DNA from: a virus
Taxonomy: Duplodnaviria > Caudoviricetes
Virus record (IMG/VR): IMGVR_UViG_2919425241_000002
Span: 1-64,000 of that record
Direction: 5' to 3' (one strand)
DNA length: 64,000 nucleotides
The first letter of the stretch is position 1, and the number at the start of each line of letters is the position of its first letter. The notes beneath the pieces are model-generated. The model made no database searches, had not been told where the DNA came from, and saw nothing but the letters and a program-made list of their open reading frames with translations. A program made the translations under genes and the position numbers. Below are positions 29,523-38,587 of this stretch, in pieces.

Positions 29523-31217
29523 TTAACTCACCTCCTCGTCAAATAGTCCGGGAATATCGGCCATGAATGAGTATCCTATCGGCTTGAAATGCCCTTTGTG
29601 CCTGTGTTTCCGCATCTCCCAGCCAATCATGCCGCCAAGCAAGATATCATCATGGCAGCCGCTTTGATGTTGCGCCTTACCATTCCGTTTTACAAATGTC
29701 CTCATTTCCCCAAGAATCCGGCGTGACTTTGGAAAAACCTCTTTGTTCATGTACGCCTGCCGGTATTCCTCAACCAGGATCGGCCGCGTCTTCGATGTAG
29801 TTGGCCACCCTTCGCGCTTTTCCACATTGCCCTTCACGTCATAATCTTTATGAGCGTAGAGATTCGGGTAATCAAAGATTTGCATGAGTGCAAGCAGCAC
29901 AGCATGCCCATGGTTATTTCTTTCCACGCCAAGCAGAGCCGTATTGTAATAGCGGCCCCATTCATTTATGAGTTCAGCAAAGGAATAAGGTTCTTCCCAA
30001 CACTGGATTTCTGCAACCTGTTCACCTGTACTTCGTTTCCAGATCACCAACGTGGAAGCATCGTTCTCGTCCTCATCCAGACCTTCCGCCACGTCCGCGC
30101 CTGCGTCATACAGCTCACCTTCAATCGGTTCTTCAAAGATTAGGATATCTCCCTCTCTGTCTTCTCTGATTGGCTCCGGTGCATCTCGCATGTCTCCCTG
30201 AATCTGCGCCTGGTCGAACACTGATCGACCGGATACGAGGAAAGCTTCTTCGGGAAAGGAAGGGTACTCTTGCTGGAATGACTTTGCATCTCCATCGCAT
30301 TTATTCTTGATTGTAGAGCGACGCCACTTTAGCTGCTCCAGATCAAGATTAAACCGTTTCTGCAACTCCCTCTCTTCCTCAAGCATTGAATCCTCGAAAT
30401 CTTGCCTTTCCTGTTCAGAGATAAAGCTATCTCGATATGTCGGGAATTCATGCCACGCAACGAAGATCGGAACATAGTCGTTCTGGCCGGTGACTGCTTT
30501 TTCCCACATCTGCTGAAAATACTCTCCCAAACCATTAGCCGTCGATTCAATAACGCAAACGGTACCCGGAGAATCAGACAATGATTGCAACAGTGAAAGC
30601 ATATGTTTGCTTTTCCGATTCTCAGGCCAGAAGGCGAGCTCTGAGACATGCAGGTAATGAATTGTACCTGACCGCGCAAGTACCTTCGCTTCTGCAGTAT
30701 CCACTGTGATCTTTGACTTTAGCCCGGGGTTATCTTGCCGAACAGAGTCCAATGAAGTTGGGTTCTCAAATGTGAACGCTTTGGCATTGTCTTTCTTCTT
30801 CATCGGCTTGTACAGCAGCGGTACGTTGTCGTAGTACGTTTTGAACATGTCGAACAAGTTACCTGATGCCTTGGCGTCCTGCGCTACGATAAAGGCATTC
30901 TTAGCTTCCTGAAGTGATGAAAGGTAATAAATGATCGCCTCTGTCACCGTAGAGAATCCGAGCTGCCGCGCCTTGAGGATAATGAACCGAGCCGGCTTCC
31001 CTGCGGCAATAGTCTCAAGCAATTGCTTGGCGAAATCCTTCTGCGCGTCATTCAGGACAAAGGGGAGAATCTTCCCTTCTTTGGTCTTAATCTTTAGACA
31101 CTTGGCTGTAAATCGCTCGAAGTCGCCCAATAAAGCATAGGCTTTCTGTCCTTTTTCTTTGTTCTTTGCCCCAAGTGCATCGATCTTTGCTCTAATTTCC
31201 TTCGCATATTCAATCAT
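29523..31217 (-). CDS. terL: Terminase large subunit
   Basis: ILKARQLGFST Walker A, LHVSE, IESTANG, ADVAEG, VERNNHG, HDD nuclease motif. Confidence 0.95.
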   Translation of the reverse strand: MIEYAKEIRAKIDALGAKNKEKGQKAYALLGDFERFTAKCLKIKTKEGKILPFVLNDAQKDFAKQLLETIAAGKPARFIILKARQLGFSTVTEAIIYYLSSLQEAKNAFIVAQDAKASGNLFDMFKTYYDNVPLLYKPMKKKDNAKAFTFENPTSLDSVRQDNPGLKSKITVDTAEAKVLARSGTIHYLHVSELAFWPENRKSKHMLSLLQSLSDSPGTVCVIESTANGLGEYFQQMWEKAVTGQNDYVPIFVAWHEFPTYRDSFISEQERQDFEDSMLEEERELQKRFNLDLEQLKWRRSTIKNKCDGDAKSFQQEYPSFPEEAFLVSGRSVFDQAQIQGDMRDAPEPIREDREGDILIFEEPIEGELYDAGADVAEGLDEDENDASTLVIWKRSTGEQVAEIQCWEEPYSFAELINEWGRYYNTALLGVERNNHGHAVLLALMQIFDYPNLYAHKDYDVKGNVEKREGWPTTSKTRPILVEEYRQAYMNKEVFPKSRRILGEMRTFVKRNGKAQHQSGCHDDILLGGMIGWEMRKHRHKGHFKPIGYSFMADIPGLFDEEVS

Positions 31218-31743
31218 CTAAGAACTCAGTCCCTTGCGGCGAAGTGTCCTGTCCGATTTCTTTCATCTTCTTTCCAACGTTGGCCTTCTCAAGGTCGATC
31301 TTTGTACGGGCAGCCGGACCTAACCCAAGCGCCGCCATCGTTTGCTTTGCGGACCTCATGAAGTTGTTGTAAGTGGCAACTAACGGCTGTGCATCGAGTT
31401 TCTTGGAGCGCCTATCATGGATAACCATCCCCTCTTCAGTGAAATACATTTCACAGAGAGCTAGGATGCCCATTTCCTTCGCAAGCAGTTGGGCGATAGG
31501 ACGATCCTGCTCAGCTACAAAGTCCAGATCCATTACCGCGTTCTCTATTCCTTTCTGGAACTCTGCAAGGTAATAGCAATCATTGCCCTTCTGGAACTTA
31601 GGACACTGCTGCCGCTTAGCGCATTTATTACACGGATGCAGTCCGGACCGGATGAATGGGAATACTCCGTGCTGGAGGTTTGGTTGGTGTGATTGTTGGA
31701 CCTGTTTTTCTTCTGACATGTGACATTTCTCCTTTCTTTGCAA
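31210..31743 (-). CDS. terS: Terminase small subunit (P27-like) with Cys cluster
   Basis: NLQHG, QPLV, LGLGPAARTKI; overlaps the terL start. Confidence 0.75.
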   Translation of the reverse strand: MQRKEKCHMSEEKQVQQSHQPNLQHGVFPFIRSGLHPCNKCAKRQQCPKFQKGNDCYYLAEFQKGIENAVMDLDFVAEQDRPIAQLLAKEMGILALCEMYFTEEGMVIHDRRSKKLDAQPLVATYNNFMRSAKQTMAALGLGPAARTKIDLEKANVGKKMKEIGQDTSPQGTEFLDD

Positions 31744-31756
31744 ATAAAAAGCACCC

Positions 31757-32428
31757 TCATGGAGAGAGTGCCTCGTTCATATCTGTATTTGGCTCGCCGA
31801 TCATACTTTTTACGATTTTTTCGATATTTCTACTCATTTTTACTTTATCATTGGCGGTGGTCGAGATCTTCGCTTTCATATCTCGTTCCTTCAACGATCT
31901 ATATAGAGTCGCACGGTTGACGCCTGTAAGTTCAGCGATCTCAGCGACGGTATGTTCTTGGCCATCGTAAAGCTTTAAAGCTTGTGTCAATTTGCGCGGA
32001 TCAGTCTTTGGCCGTCCGCCATTGCGTCCTCTCGCCCGAGAAGCAGCAAGGCCTGCCTTGGTCCGCTCAACGATTACGTTTCTTTCAAACTCAGCAAACA
32101 CGGCTAGAACACCAAATAAGGCTTTGCCTGCTGCAGTTGTAGTATCGAGCTTATCGCTGATGCTGACAAACTCCACACCCATCTTCTGTATTTGATCGAG
32201 CGTAGTAATGAGCTTAATCGTAGAACGAGCAAGTCGATCCAGCTTATACACCATGAACACATCCCCAGGACGCAATGCATCAATTGCTTTCTGCAGCTCG
32301 ATCCGATCGTCTTTAGCCCCGCTCGCTTTCTCCGTGTAAATCCGTTCGCATCCCGCTTTCTTCAATTCGTCGATCTGGGAGTCAAGTGATTGGTCAACAG
32401 TCGATACGCGCGCATAGCCGATTTTCAT
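31757..32428 (-). CDS. Small serine recombinase (resolvase/invertase) with C-terminal HTH
   Basis: MKIGYARVST, LDRLARS, AEFER, GGRP, IAELTGVNRATLYR; SD GGAGGCGG. Confidence 0.95.
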   Translation of the reverse strand: MKIGYARVSTVDQSLDSQIDELKKAGCERIYTEKASGAKDDRIELQKAIDALRPGDVFMVYKLDRLARSTIKLITTLDQIQKMGVEFVSISDKLDTTTAAGKALFGVLAVFAEFERNVIVERTKAGLAASRARGRNGGRPKTDPRKLTQALKLYDGQEHTVAEIAELTGVNRATLYRSLKERDMKAKISTTANDKVKMSRNIEKIVKSMIGEPNTDMNEALSP

Positions 32429-32449
32429 AATAATCCGCCTCCAGAGTTC

Positions 32450-32590
32450 TTGATACTTCGATTGTATCAAAAACACGTACCTAATGATACATTAATTTAG
32501 AGACGGACAAAGAGACGATATTATGAACGTTTCGGCCACTTAAACGCACAGGACCAAAAAAGCACTAATACGGGTGTTTTTGAGACACTG
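32450..32590. promoter_or_regulatory. Probable res site upstream of the resolvase
   Basis: TTGATAC-N7-GTATCAA (32450-32470), TGTATCA-N15-TGATACA (32463-32491), repeated GAGAC half-sites. Confidence 0.6.
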
Positions 32591-32759
32591 TTTTGCAACA
32601 GAATCGATGCGGTTTTACTCAGATGTTTACAAAACATAATTAGAAGCATCATTCTGTTCACAAGAGTAAATTTTCACAACAAGCAATTTTTACAGAATTG
32701 AACGAGGCGGGCGCAAGATTATTTTCCAGTCATTGTTAAATTCCTTTGCGAAAATTACC

Positions 32760-32864
32760 TCAATCAAACCAGTTGAAAAAGTCCGACAAATCGATGAATA
32801 AGCAGCCCCATGTAATGCCGAAAAGAAGAACGACAGCAACCAGAATAATGATGAACCAAATCAC
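32760..32864 (-). CDS. 34-aa hydrophobic peptide (MIWFIIILVAVVLLFGITWGCLF...)
   Basis: GTG start with purine-rich upstream sequence; single TM helix. Confidence 0.35.
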   Translation of the reverse strand: MIWFIIILVAVVLLFGITWGCLFIDLSDFFNWFD

Positions 32865-33389
32865 GGTTTCATCACGTCCCTGCCTTTAGAGTTTATCAAT
32901 TCTCCGCTAATCATCATTTGCACCTCTCATGAAATCCAGATCAAATGTTCGTAAGAACAAGCATTCGTAAGATCGAGTATCAGACATATTCCCAAAACGG
33001 CTGAATTTGCCCGAAAACGAGTGAATTTAAAGACGACTCTTTTTTCCCTACATATTAGATTAATAAGGCCCTTTGTTATACGTACTAAGTTACGTTAGAG
33101 CGTATCTTTTAAAACCCCGTTCCCTTAAGGTTTGCGTCTGGTCCATCACTATGGGTCGTGTACAGCAGCTGGTATGCCTCCGGTAAACGTATGGTTTTGA
33201 TTATTGAGCGACATCATGATTCATTGCCTCCTTAACGATGCTAATGATTAACCCTGCTACGTTCTTGAATGTGGGGTTATGCAGGGATGGTGGTTAGAAA
33301 CCTGACGGTTTCTTTATTATTATTAGGGCTTGTATTGCAAAAACAGTTGCTTCATACTATTAATTGTAAATATTTAGGGGGGATTCAAT

Positions 33390-34241
33390 TTGCCAAATAA
33401 TCTAGGTCTTTCTGAGCAACTGTTGTATTCGACTGCACGCATTGAGTGTACATTAGCTAATGGAACAAGTACCGGTACTGGGTTCTTCTTCTCTTTCGAC
33501 GTTGATGATGGTCCACTTAAAATTCCTGTTGTTGTTACCAACAAGCATGTGATTGAGAATTCTGTAACTGGCCGCATTCTCTTTAATGTTGCTGACTCAG
33601 AGGGTAACCCGGTTGATACTGAGCATTATCCAATCGCGTTAGATAACTTTGAAAGCCGTTGGTTTCTTCACCCAGAACCAGAAGTTGACCTGTGTGTAAT
33701 GCCGATTGGTCCTTATGTCAATTATGCTAGCCATCATGGAGAAAAATTGTTTTATAGGACATTAGGAAAACAATACATTCCTAGTTTTGAACAATTAAAC
33801 GAGCTAGGGGTAATGGAAGAGATAACAATGGTTGGATACCCTAGTGGTTTATGGGATGCAGTCAATAATAAACCCATCGTACGAAGAGGAATAACCGCAA
33901 CACATCCAAAACTTAATTATAATGGCGTTGAAGAATTTTTAATTGATGCAGCTTGTTACCCAGGTTCGAGCGGTTCTCCTGTAATGATCGTTAACGAAGG
34001 AAGCTTCACGAACAGAGCAGGCTTTCAAATGGGAGTAAATAGAATTTTTCTACTAGGCATCTTATATGCAGGTCCACAGTTCACTGCAACCGGTCAAATT
34101 CGAATGCAAAACATCCCGAATAGACCCGTATCAGTATCACATATCCCTATGAATCTAGGAAATGTGATCAAGGCACATAAATTACTTGACTTCGAAGAAA
34201 TGTTAATTCAATTGTACAAATCATCCCCGCAACAGAATTAA
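33390..34241 (+). CDS. Cytoplasmic trypsin-like serine protease
   Basis: GTGFF, TNKHV (His), VDL (Asp), GYPSG, PGSSGSPV (Ser); no signal peptide. Confidence 0.9.
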   Translation: MPNNLGLSEQLLYSTARIECTLANGTSTGTGFFFSFDVDDGPLKIPVVVTNKHVIENSVTGRILFNVADSEGNPVDTEHYPIALDNFESRWFLHPEPEVDLCVMPIGPYVNYASHHGEKLFYRTLGKQYIPSFEQLNELGVMEEITMVGYPSGLWDAVNNKPIVRRGITATHPKLNYNGVEEFLIDAACYPGSSGSPVMIVNEGSFTNRAGFQMGVNRIFLLGILYAGPQFTATGQIRMQNIPNRPVSVSHIPMNLGNVIKAHKLLDFEEMLIQLYKSSPQQN

Positions 34242-34290
34242 CCACAACCAGAACATATTTTCTCATTTCATCTCCGCACATTTTCTTTTT

Positions 34291-34620
34291 GTGGTAAAAT
34301 ATAGGATGGGAATGGAGGTGATATTAACGTTGAAATTGAAAGAGAACCAAAGACTGTGTGGCAATAGATTCCTGTTGGAATTGCACTCGAACTCGTTAAG
34401 TATTAAAGATCTGACCGATGTTTTTTCTGGTCCACACGATATTGAAATCATTACTAATCAAGAAACAGGCAAGTCGATACTTGATCTTTATGAATCCTAC
34501 TTGAATGACTCTTTTGAAAATGGTTATGAATTAATTTTAGGGGAAAAATTATTAGTTCATAAAGACGATAGAAATGATGTATGCCAGCTTCACCTTGCAA
34601 TACCAAATGAATTCCACTAG
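34291..34620 (+). CDS. Hypothetical protein
   Basis: ORF downstream of the protease; GGAGGTG SD suggests a start near 34330; CACTAG-N-CTAGTG/T-run terminator follows. Confidence 0.5.
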   Translation: MVKYRMGMEVILTLKLKENQRLCGNRFLLELHSNSLSIKDLTDVFSGPHDIEIITNQETGKSILDLYESYLNDSFENGYELILGEKLLVHKDDRNDVCQLHLAIPNEFH

Positions 34621-34637
34621 CCCCCGCTAGTGGTTTT

Positions 34638-35096
34638 TTATTTCCGCTCGATCGGTACTTCACCAAGCAGCAATATTGCCTGCTCTCTTCTCTCATCACT
34701 GACAAATCCCGAATAACTCTTGCAGTGAATCAAGTGCGGCAGCAGCTGGCCCATATCGTCATCGTCATCAAGGATTACGAAACGCTCGACCGGCTGCTCG
34801 AGCTCATCCATAAACAATTGAATCTCTTTGCCGCGGATCTCCCAATCCAATACAGGAGTTGCACCGATAACATATTTGTCGAGGTCATACCAGGAGAAAA
34901 GTTTCTTAATTTCCTCGATCGATAATCCTTTTCGCCATACTGAGGAAAGAATAATCTTAGCACCGGTGCGCTTGATCACTTCCCGCAGATTTCGGACGGC
35001 TACTGGGCAAAATTCCTGCATCATGTGTAATCGACTGCGCACCATGTAATCTCGATGATTCATTACTCCGTCAATATCTAGAAAGATTAGCTTCAT
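34638..35096 (-). CDS. HAD-domain protein (Swiss Army Knife RNA-repair-like HAD_SAK)
   Basis: IFLDIDGVMN, ILSSVWR, RGKEI, FVILDDDDD. Confidence 0.88.
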   Translation of the reverse strand: MKLIFLDIDGVMNHRDYMVRSRLHMMQEFCPVAVRNLREVIKRTGAKIILSSVWRKGLSIEEIKKLFSWYDLDKYVIGATPVLDWEIRGKEIQLFMDELEQPVERFVILDDDDDMGQLLPHLIHCKSYSGFVSDERREQAILLLGEVPIERK

Positions 35097-35118
35097 GAGT
35101 ATCCCCCTCTAGTTCATC

Positions 35119-35258
35119 ATGTAACGTCCACATTGGCACTTAACAGGCATTTACGAATGCCCTAGGTACATTTATGTGGTTTCGTGTTTAACCGCACTTA
35201 AAAAGTAAAACGATAAGGTCGTACCATCGGCTTATTCAGGCGGCCTCCTACGTTACAT
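35119..35258 (-). ncRNA. Candidate structured RNA
   Basis: 9-bp closing stem ATGTAACGT/ACGTTACAT, internal hairpins, possible pseudoknot; intergenic. Confidence 0.4.
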
Positions 35259-35338
35259 CAACCTCAGCGCTAAGGATCATTTCACTTTCTAAATGCAGTT
35301 TCGGGTAATAAAAAAAGCACCCAAGAGGTGCTTAAGAC

Positions 35339-35743
35339 TTACTCGACGATTTTTATGTCTGCTCTTTCTAAATAATCATCAAATCCATGTCCACGATGAA
35401 TCCTGTTGATGATTTTACCTAATCTGTATTGTTCGTTAGTTATTGTCATCTCAGGTCTCTTTGGATACGGAATATCCATTCTATAGCCATCAACTGCTAC
35501 TGTATAGAATGTTTCGATTGTGTTTCCATTGTATTTCAACAAATACTTCTTACGATAAGCCTTGGGATCTGAATATCGTTCTACCCAAGACTCATGAAAT
35601 TCATTGTCGAAATTATCATCACGAACTGTTAAAATCGTAATCTGAATATCGCTAGTTAAAACAAATAGCCCCAGCTCATCATCATAAATCCAATCGATTG
35701 GATCGGATTCTATGATCCTGGATTTAAATACTTCGTACCTCAT
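35339..35743 (-). CDS. Hypothetical protein
   Basis: GGGAGGTG SD; own terminator AAGCACC-N5-GGTGCTT-T7. Confidence 0.65.
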   Translation of the reverse strand: MRYEVFKSRIIESDPIDWIYDDELGLFVLTSDIQITILTVRDDNFDNEFHESWVERYSDPKAYRKKYLLKYNGNTIETFYTVAVDGYRMDIPYPKRPEMTITNEQYRLGKIINRIHRGHGFDDYLERADIKIVE

Positions 35744-35791
35744 TCTTTCTCACCTCCCACCTACATTTTCCAACATATGCAGCCGGCTTGT

Positions 35792-36073
35792 CTAATCAAG
35801 TTTTGATAAAGACAATTTACTCTGCATCATTTCTGGAAGATGAACAATGCCATATTTGGCAAAGAAATAAAGGCCGATAAACGCAACAATACCAACGATC
35901 ATGCTATGTACCTTGCCGCGGATATTAAAAGCAAACCTCAAGATAATCGCGGTTACTAACGATGGCCCGACAATATACATAAGTAAAAGTTGTACTACTG
36001 AATAAGCCATCGCATTAATATTGTTTGTAAATACTGTAGTTAAACCTTCCAAAACATCGCCTCCATATTCCAT
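35792..36073 (-). CDS. Small membrane protein
   Basis: Two hydrophobic segments; GGAGG SD before an internal TTG. Confidence 0.55.
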   Translation of the reverse strand: MEYGGDVLEGLTTVFTNNINAMAYSVVQLLLMYIVGPSLVTAIILRFAFNIRGKVHSMIVGIVAFIGLYFFAKYGIVHLPEMMQSKLSLSKLD

Positions 36074-36244
36074 ATATCGGAAATATGAAAAAAATCTTTA
36101 ATAGAAAACCAAGAGAAGGCGAGATCCCCGCGAAAATAAAAAGAGCAGGGCTTATGCACGGCCATCGGTGCTTACTTCTCTCACCAATGCAGCGGCGCTG
36201 CCTGCTTACGAATTGTTTTATTCGGGTGCTGCCTTCTTCTTGAT

Positions 36245-36310
36245 TTCCTATGATATAAATTTAACACGTTTAAAACCAAATGGCGTCGTTTTGAGAGCGG
36301 CAAAACTACT
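36245..36310 (-). promoter_or_regulatory. Putative activator-dependent late promoter
   Basis: Extended -10-like TGTTAAATT without a good -35, pointing toward terS; resembles regions downstream of ArpU/RinA-type genes. Confidence 0.4.
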
Positions 36311-36316
36311 TTCTTT

Positions 36317-36487
36317 TTACTGATAATCTTCGGCGCCAAAATTCTCTCTCAATGCCCTTTTCCTTTTCTGCTCCATGTGCAACTTCAGTAAACCTCGCCG
36401 TTCAAGTACCTCATTACGCTTGATCATGAATTTCATCCTCTGTCGTTGTGGAGTGATCGGGCCGCCGAAAGGTGTATTCCTGGTCAT
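36317..36487 (-). CDS. 56-aa basic peptide (MTRNTPFGGP...)
   Basis: TGATG coupling to the upstream peptide ORF. Confidence 0.35.
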   Translation of the reverse strand: MTRNTPFGGPITPQRQRMKFMIKRNEVLERRGLLKLHMEQKRKRALRENFGAEDYQ

Positions 36488-36570
36488 CACTTATTCCGAA
36501 TAGACTGGACCAGAGCAATGATGCTTAAGACAAGAGCTGCCGCGATTACGATCCATGTAATTGTGTTCAT
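36487..36570 (-). CDS. 27-aa membrane peptide MNTITWIVIAAALVLSIIALVQSIRNK
   Basis: GGGAGGT SD; single TM helix. Confidence 0.6.
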   Translation of the reverse strand: MNTITWIVIAAALVLSIIALVQSIRNK

Positions 36571-36652
36571 AGTAATTACCTCCCGATCTTGATTTGTAAA
36601 GCATTTATGTTAAGATTGGGTGGAGAGGTCTTTCGACCCCTCCGAGGAACCT

Positions 36653-36787
36653 CTAACGTCTGCGCCCTACGCGTCGTTTTCTGGTTCCTTTTTTCTTTTC
36701 TTCTTCCTCCTTACGACTTTTACGGTTCAATATGATCGCTGTCCAAAGTTGAACCAAAGCCGTTAGAAGCAGTACCCAATCTTTCAT
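36653..36787 (-). CDS. 44-aa type I toxin-like peptide MKDWVLLLTALVQLWTAIILNRKSRKEEEEKKKGTRKRRVGRRR
   Basis: AAGGGTGA SD; TM helix plus highly charged tail; hairpin downstream. Confidence 0.6.
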   Translation of the reverse strand: MKDWVLLLTALVQLWTAIILNRKSRKEEEEKKKGTRKRRVGRRR

Positions 36788-36930
36788 CTTCTCACCCTTT
36801 CAGGAAGCCCTAATGTTTCACTTCCTGTATTAAATATATCACTTTCTGTACAAGAAGTCAAATATTATATTTGATTTTCTGTACTTTTTTTATTACTATG
36901 GATAGATATAATACAGAAAGGGGTGTTTTT

Positions 36931-37140
36931 ATGCCATTTTCGTATAAACCCTTATTTAAACTGCTTGTTGATAAAGAGATGAAAAAAACTGATCTGCGAC
37001 AATTGGGATTCGGTCCTTCAACAATTGCTAAATTTGATAAAGGTGAAAATGTGTCTTTGGATGTCATTGATAAACTTTGTACTTTTTTTGGAGTACAACC
37101 AAATGAGATCATCGAGCACAAACCTGAAAATCAGGGCTAA
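36931..37140 (+). CDS. Cro/C1-type HTH regulator (HTH_26)
   Basis: FSYKPLFKLL...KKTDL...TIAKF.KGENVSLDVIDKLC. Confidence 0.9.
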   Translation: MPFSYKPLFKLLVDKEMKKTDLRQLGFGPSTIAKFDKGENVSLDVIDKLCTFFGVQPNEIIEHKPENQG

Positions 37141-37190
37141 TAAGAAAGAGGAGCCGCCATAATCCCACATGGTAGTTCCTCTTCTTTTTA

Positions 37191-38318
37191 TTAAAATTTC
37201 AATCCAATTGTACTTTCTAATGAATCCGCGGCTTCTTCTTGCATGTTTGGCAGCAAGTGAGAATACGTGTCTAAGGTCAGAGTAATTGTAGAGTGCCCTA
37301 GACGTTCTGAGACGACTTTAGGATGCACACCTTGCCTTAACATGATAGAAGCATGTGTATGTCTTAAATCATGGAATGTGATTGTTGGAGCTGATTCTGG
37401 TTTATAATTCTGCTGCATCGTTTTCCAAGCATGAATAACTTTAGTTGCCGTGGCCGGTGTCCCTTTGGAACTACATACAACCAAATCATTATCCTCATAC
37501 TTGATTTTTGGATTTTGCTTCTCAAGCTCGTTCTTTTGTCTTTGCTCTTCGAGAATAGAGATGATTTGTTGAGAGATCGCGATTGTGCGCCGGCTCTTCT
37601 CAGTCTTCAATCCGGTAAATATGGTCATGTTCTTCACCAAATTACGCCGCACTTGAATAATTCCTTTTTCCATGTCTATATCTGACCACCGAAGCGCAAG
37701 GATCTCCCCCTGCCGCATTCCCGTCATAACAGCCAAATAAGCGGCGATCCAGTAACGGCTCTCGTTCTTTGTTGCTTGGAAAAACTCTCTAACCGTATCG
37801 ATGTCCCAAACTGCTCGTTCTTTCCTTTTGACAGTTGGCTTCTCTATTTTATTGGCAGCGTTCTTCGAGATAAGGTCTTTCCTCTCCGCGGCATTTAGTG
37901 AGGCATTCACGGTAGCGAAGATCCGCTTTACCATTTCATCGCCTAATTCTTTTTCGCGAATTGATGCAATGAGTTGCTCCATGTGTGTTGCATTGATCTT
38001 CGACAAAGGAATGTCTCCGAGAACAGGATTAATGTGCGTTCTAAAGTATGACTCATACATTTTCCTGGTTGAGTGTGCAATATTGGCCCGACCAGATAAC
38101 CACTGCTCAAAATAAGAACCAAAACTCATCTTGTTTGGTTCTATGTACTCCCCTTTACTGAGCTCCGTTATAATTGCGGCCCGCGCTTTTTTCGCTTCTG
38201 TAATAGTCTTGAACCCCCTGCGCGTGACACGCTTGCCGTTAACCATAACCTGAAACCAATAGGGATTACTTTTCGCATTCTCATTAAACTTAATTGTCTT
38301 GTCCGAAGATGCTGCCAT
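37191..38318 (-). CDS. int: Tyrosine integrase (ICEBs1/phage type, with arm-binding, SAM-like and catalytic domains)
   Basis: RRGFKT, TGMRQGEILAL, FHDLRHTHA, SERLGHS, LDTYSH; GGAGG SD before ATG 38318. Confidence 0.95.
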   Translation of the reverse strand: MAASSDKTIKFNENAKSNPYWFQVMVNGKRVTRRGFKTITEAKKARAAIITELSKGEYIEPNKMSFGSYFEQWLSGRANIAHSTRKMYESYFRTHINPVLGDIPLSKINATHMEQLIASIREKELGDEMVKRIFATVNASLNAAERKDLISKNAANKIEKPTVKRKERAVWDIDTVREFFQATKNESRYWIAAYLAVMTGMRQGEILALRWSDIDMEKGIIQVRRNLVKNMTIFTGLKTEKSRRTIAISQQIISILEEQRQKNELEKQNPKIKYEDNDLVVCSSKGTPATATKVIHAWKTMQQNYKPESAPTITFHDLRHTHASIMLRQGVHPKVVSERLGHSTITLTLDTYSHLLPNMQEEAADSLESTIGLKF

Positions 38319-38339
38319 GATTGATCCTCCATTGATATT

Positions 38340-38450
38340 TATCTGATGCAACCAATTATAAACCAATTGCATCAAATTTGCATCAACTAATAACAAAGCA
38401 TTGATATATCTGGGTTTTCTTCAATGGTTTCCACACATCCATGGGCAGCG
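38340..38450. other. Putative att junction of the tyrosine-integrase element
   Basis: Direct repeats at 11-bp spacing (AACCAATT x2, TTGCATCAA x2, 38350-38386) resembling arm-type sites; abrupt switch to gerE sequence at ~38443. Confidence 0.55.
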
Positions 38451-38587
38451 ACCACAAAAACAAATTTCTACTTACAAACCGCGAACGCGAAGTATTCGAA
38501 CTATTAGTGCAGGACAAAACGACGAAGGATATCGCACAGCAGCTTTTCATCAGTGAGAAAACTGTGAGAAATCATATTTCCAATGTA
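38441..38587 (+). pseudogene. gerE: gerE 5' fragment (49 codons), interrupted sporulation regulator
   Basis: LLTNREREVFELLVQDKTTKDIAQQLFISEKTVRNHISNV matches GerE; the expected MQKL.VKGRSQAVVEL is replaced by unrelated sequence; no SD upstream. Confidence 0.93.

Larger units (their letters stand above)
1..38443 (-). mobile_element. Prophage segment A (myovirus late genes + tyrosine integrase); left end outside the window
   Basis: Complete head, contractile tail and lysis module ending at the gerE 5' junction. Confidence 0.85.

Noticed and set aside
3728-31970. Numerous plus-strand ORFs overlapping the structural genes (e.g. 16877-17602, 18599-19114, 5529-6026)
   Set aside because: Antisense shadows of long minus-strand genes, with no recognisable motifs
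31757-32590. Tn3-family transposon
   Set aside because: No transposase and no GGGG-initiated 38-bp terminal inverted repeats recognised
35119-35258. Hammerhead ribozyme (CUGA...GAAAC present)
   Set aside because: The core reads CUGAAUAAG rather than CUGANGA and the stem arrangement does not fit; kept only as an unclassified structured RNA
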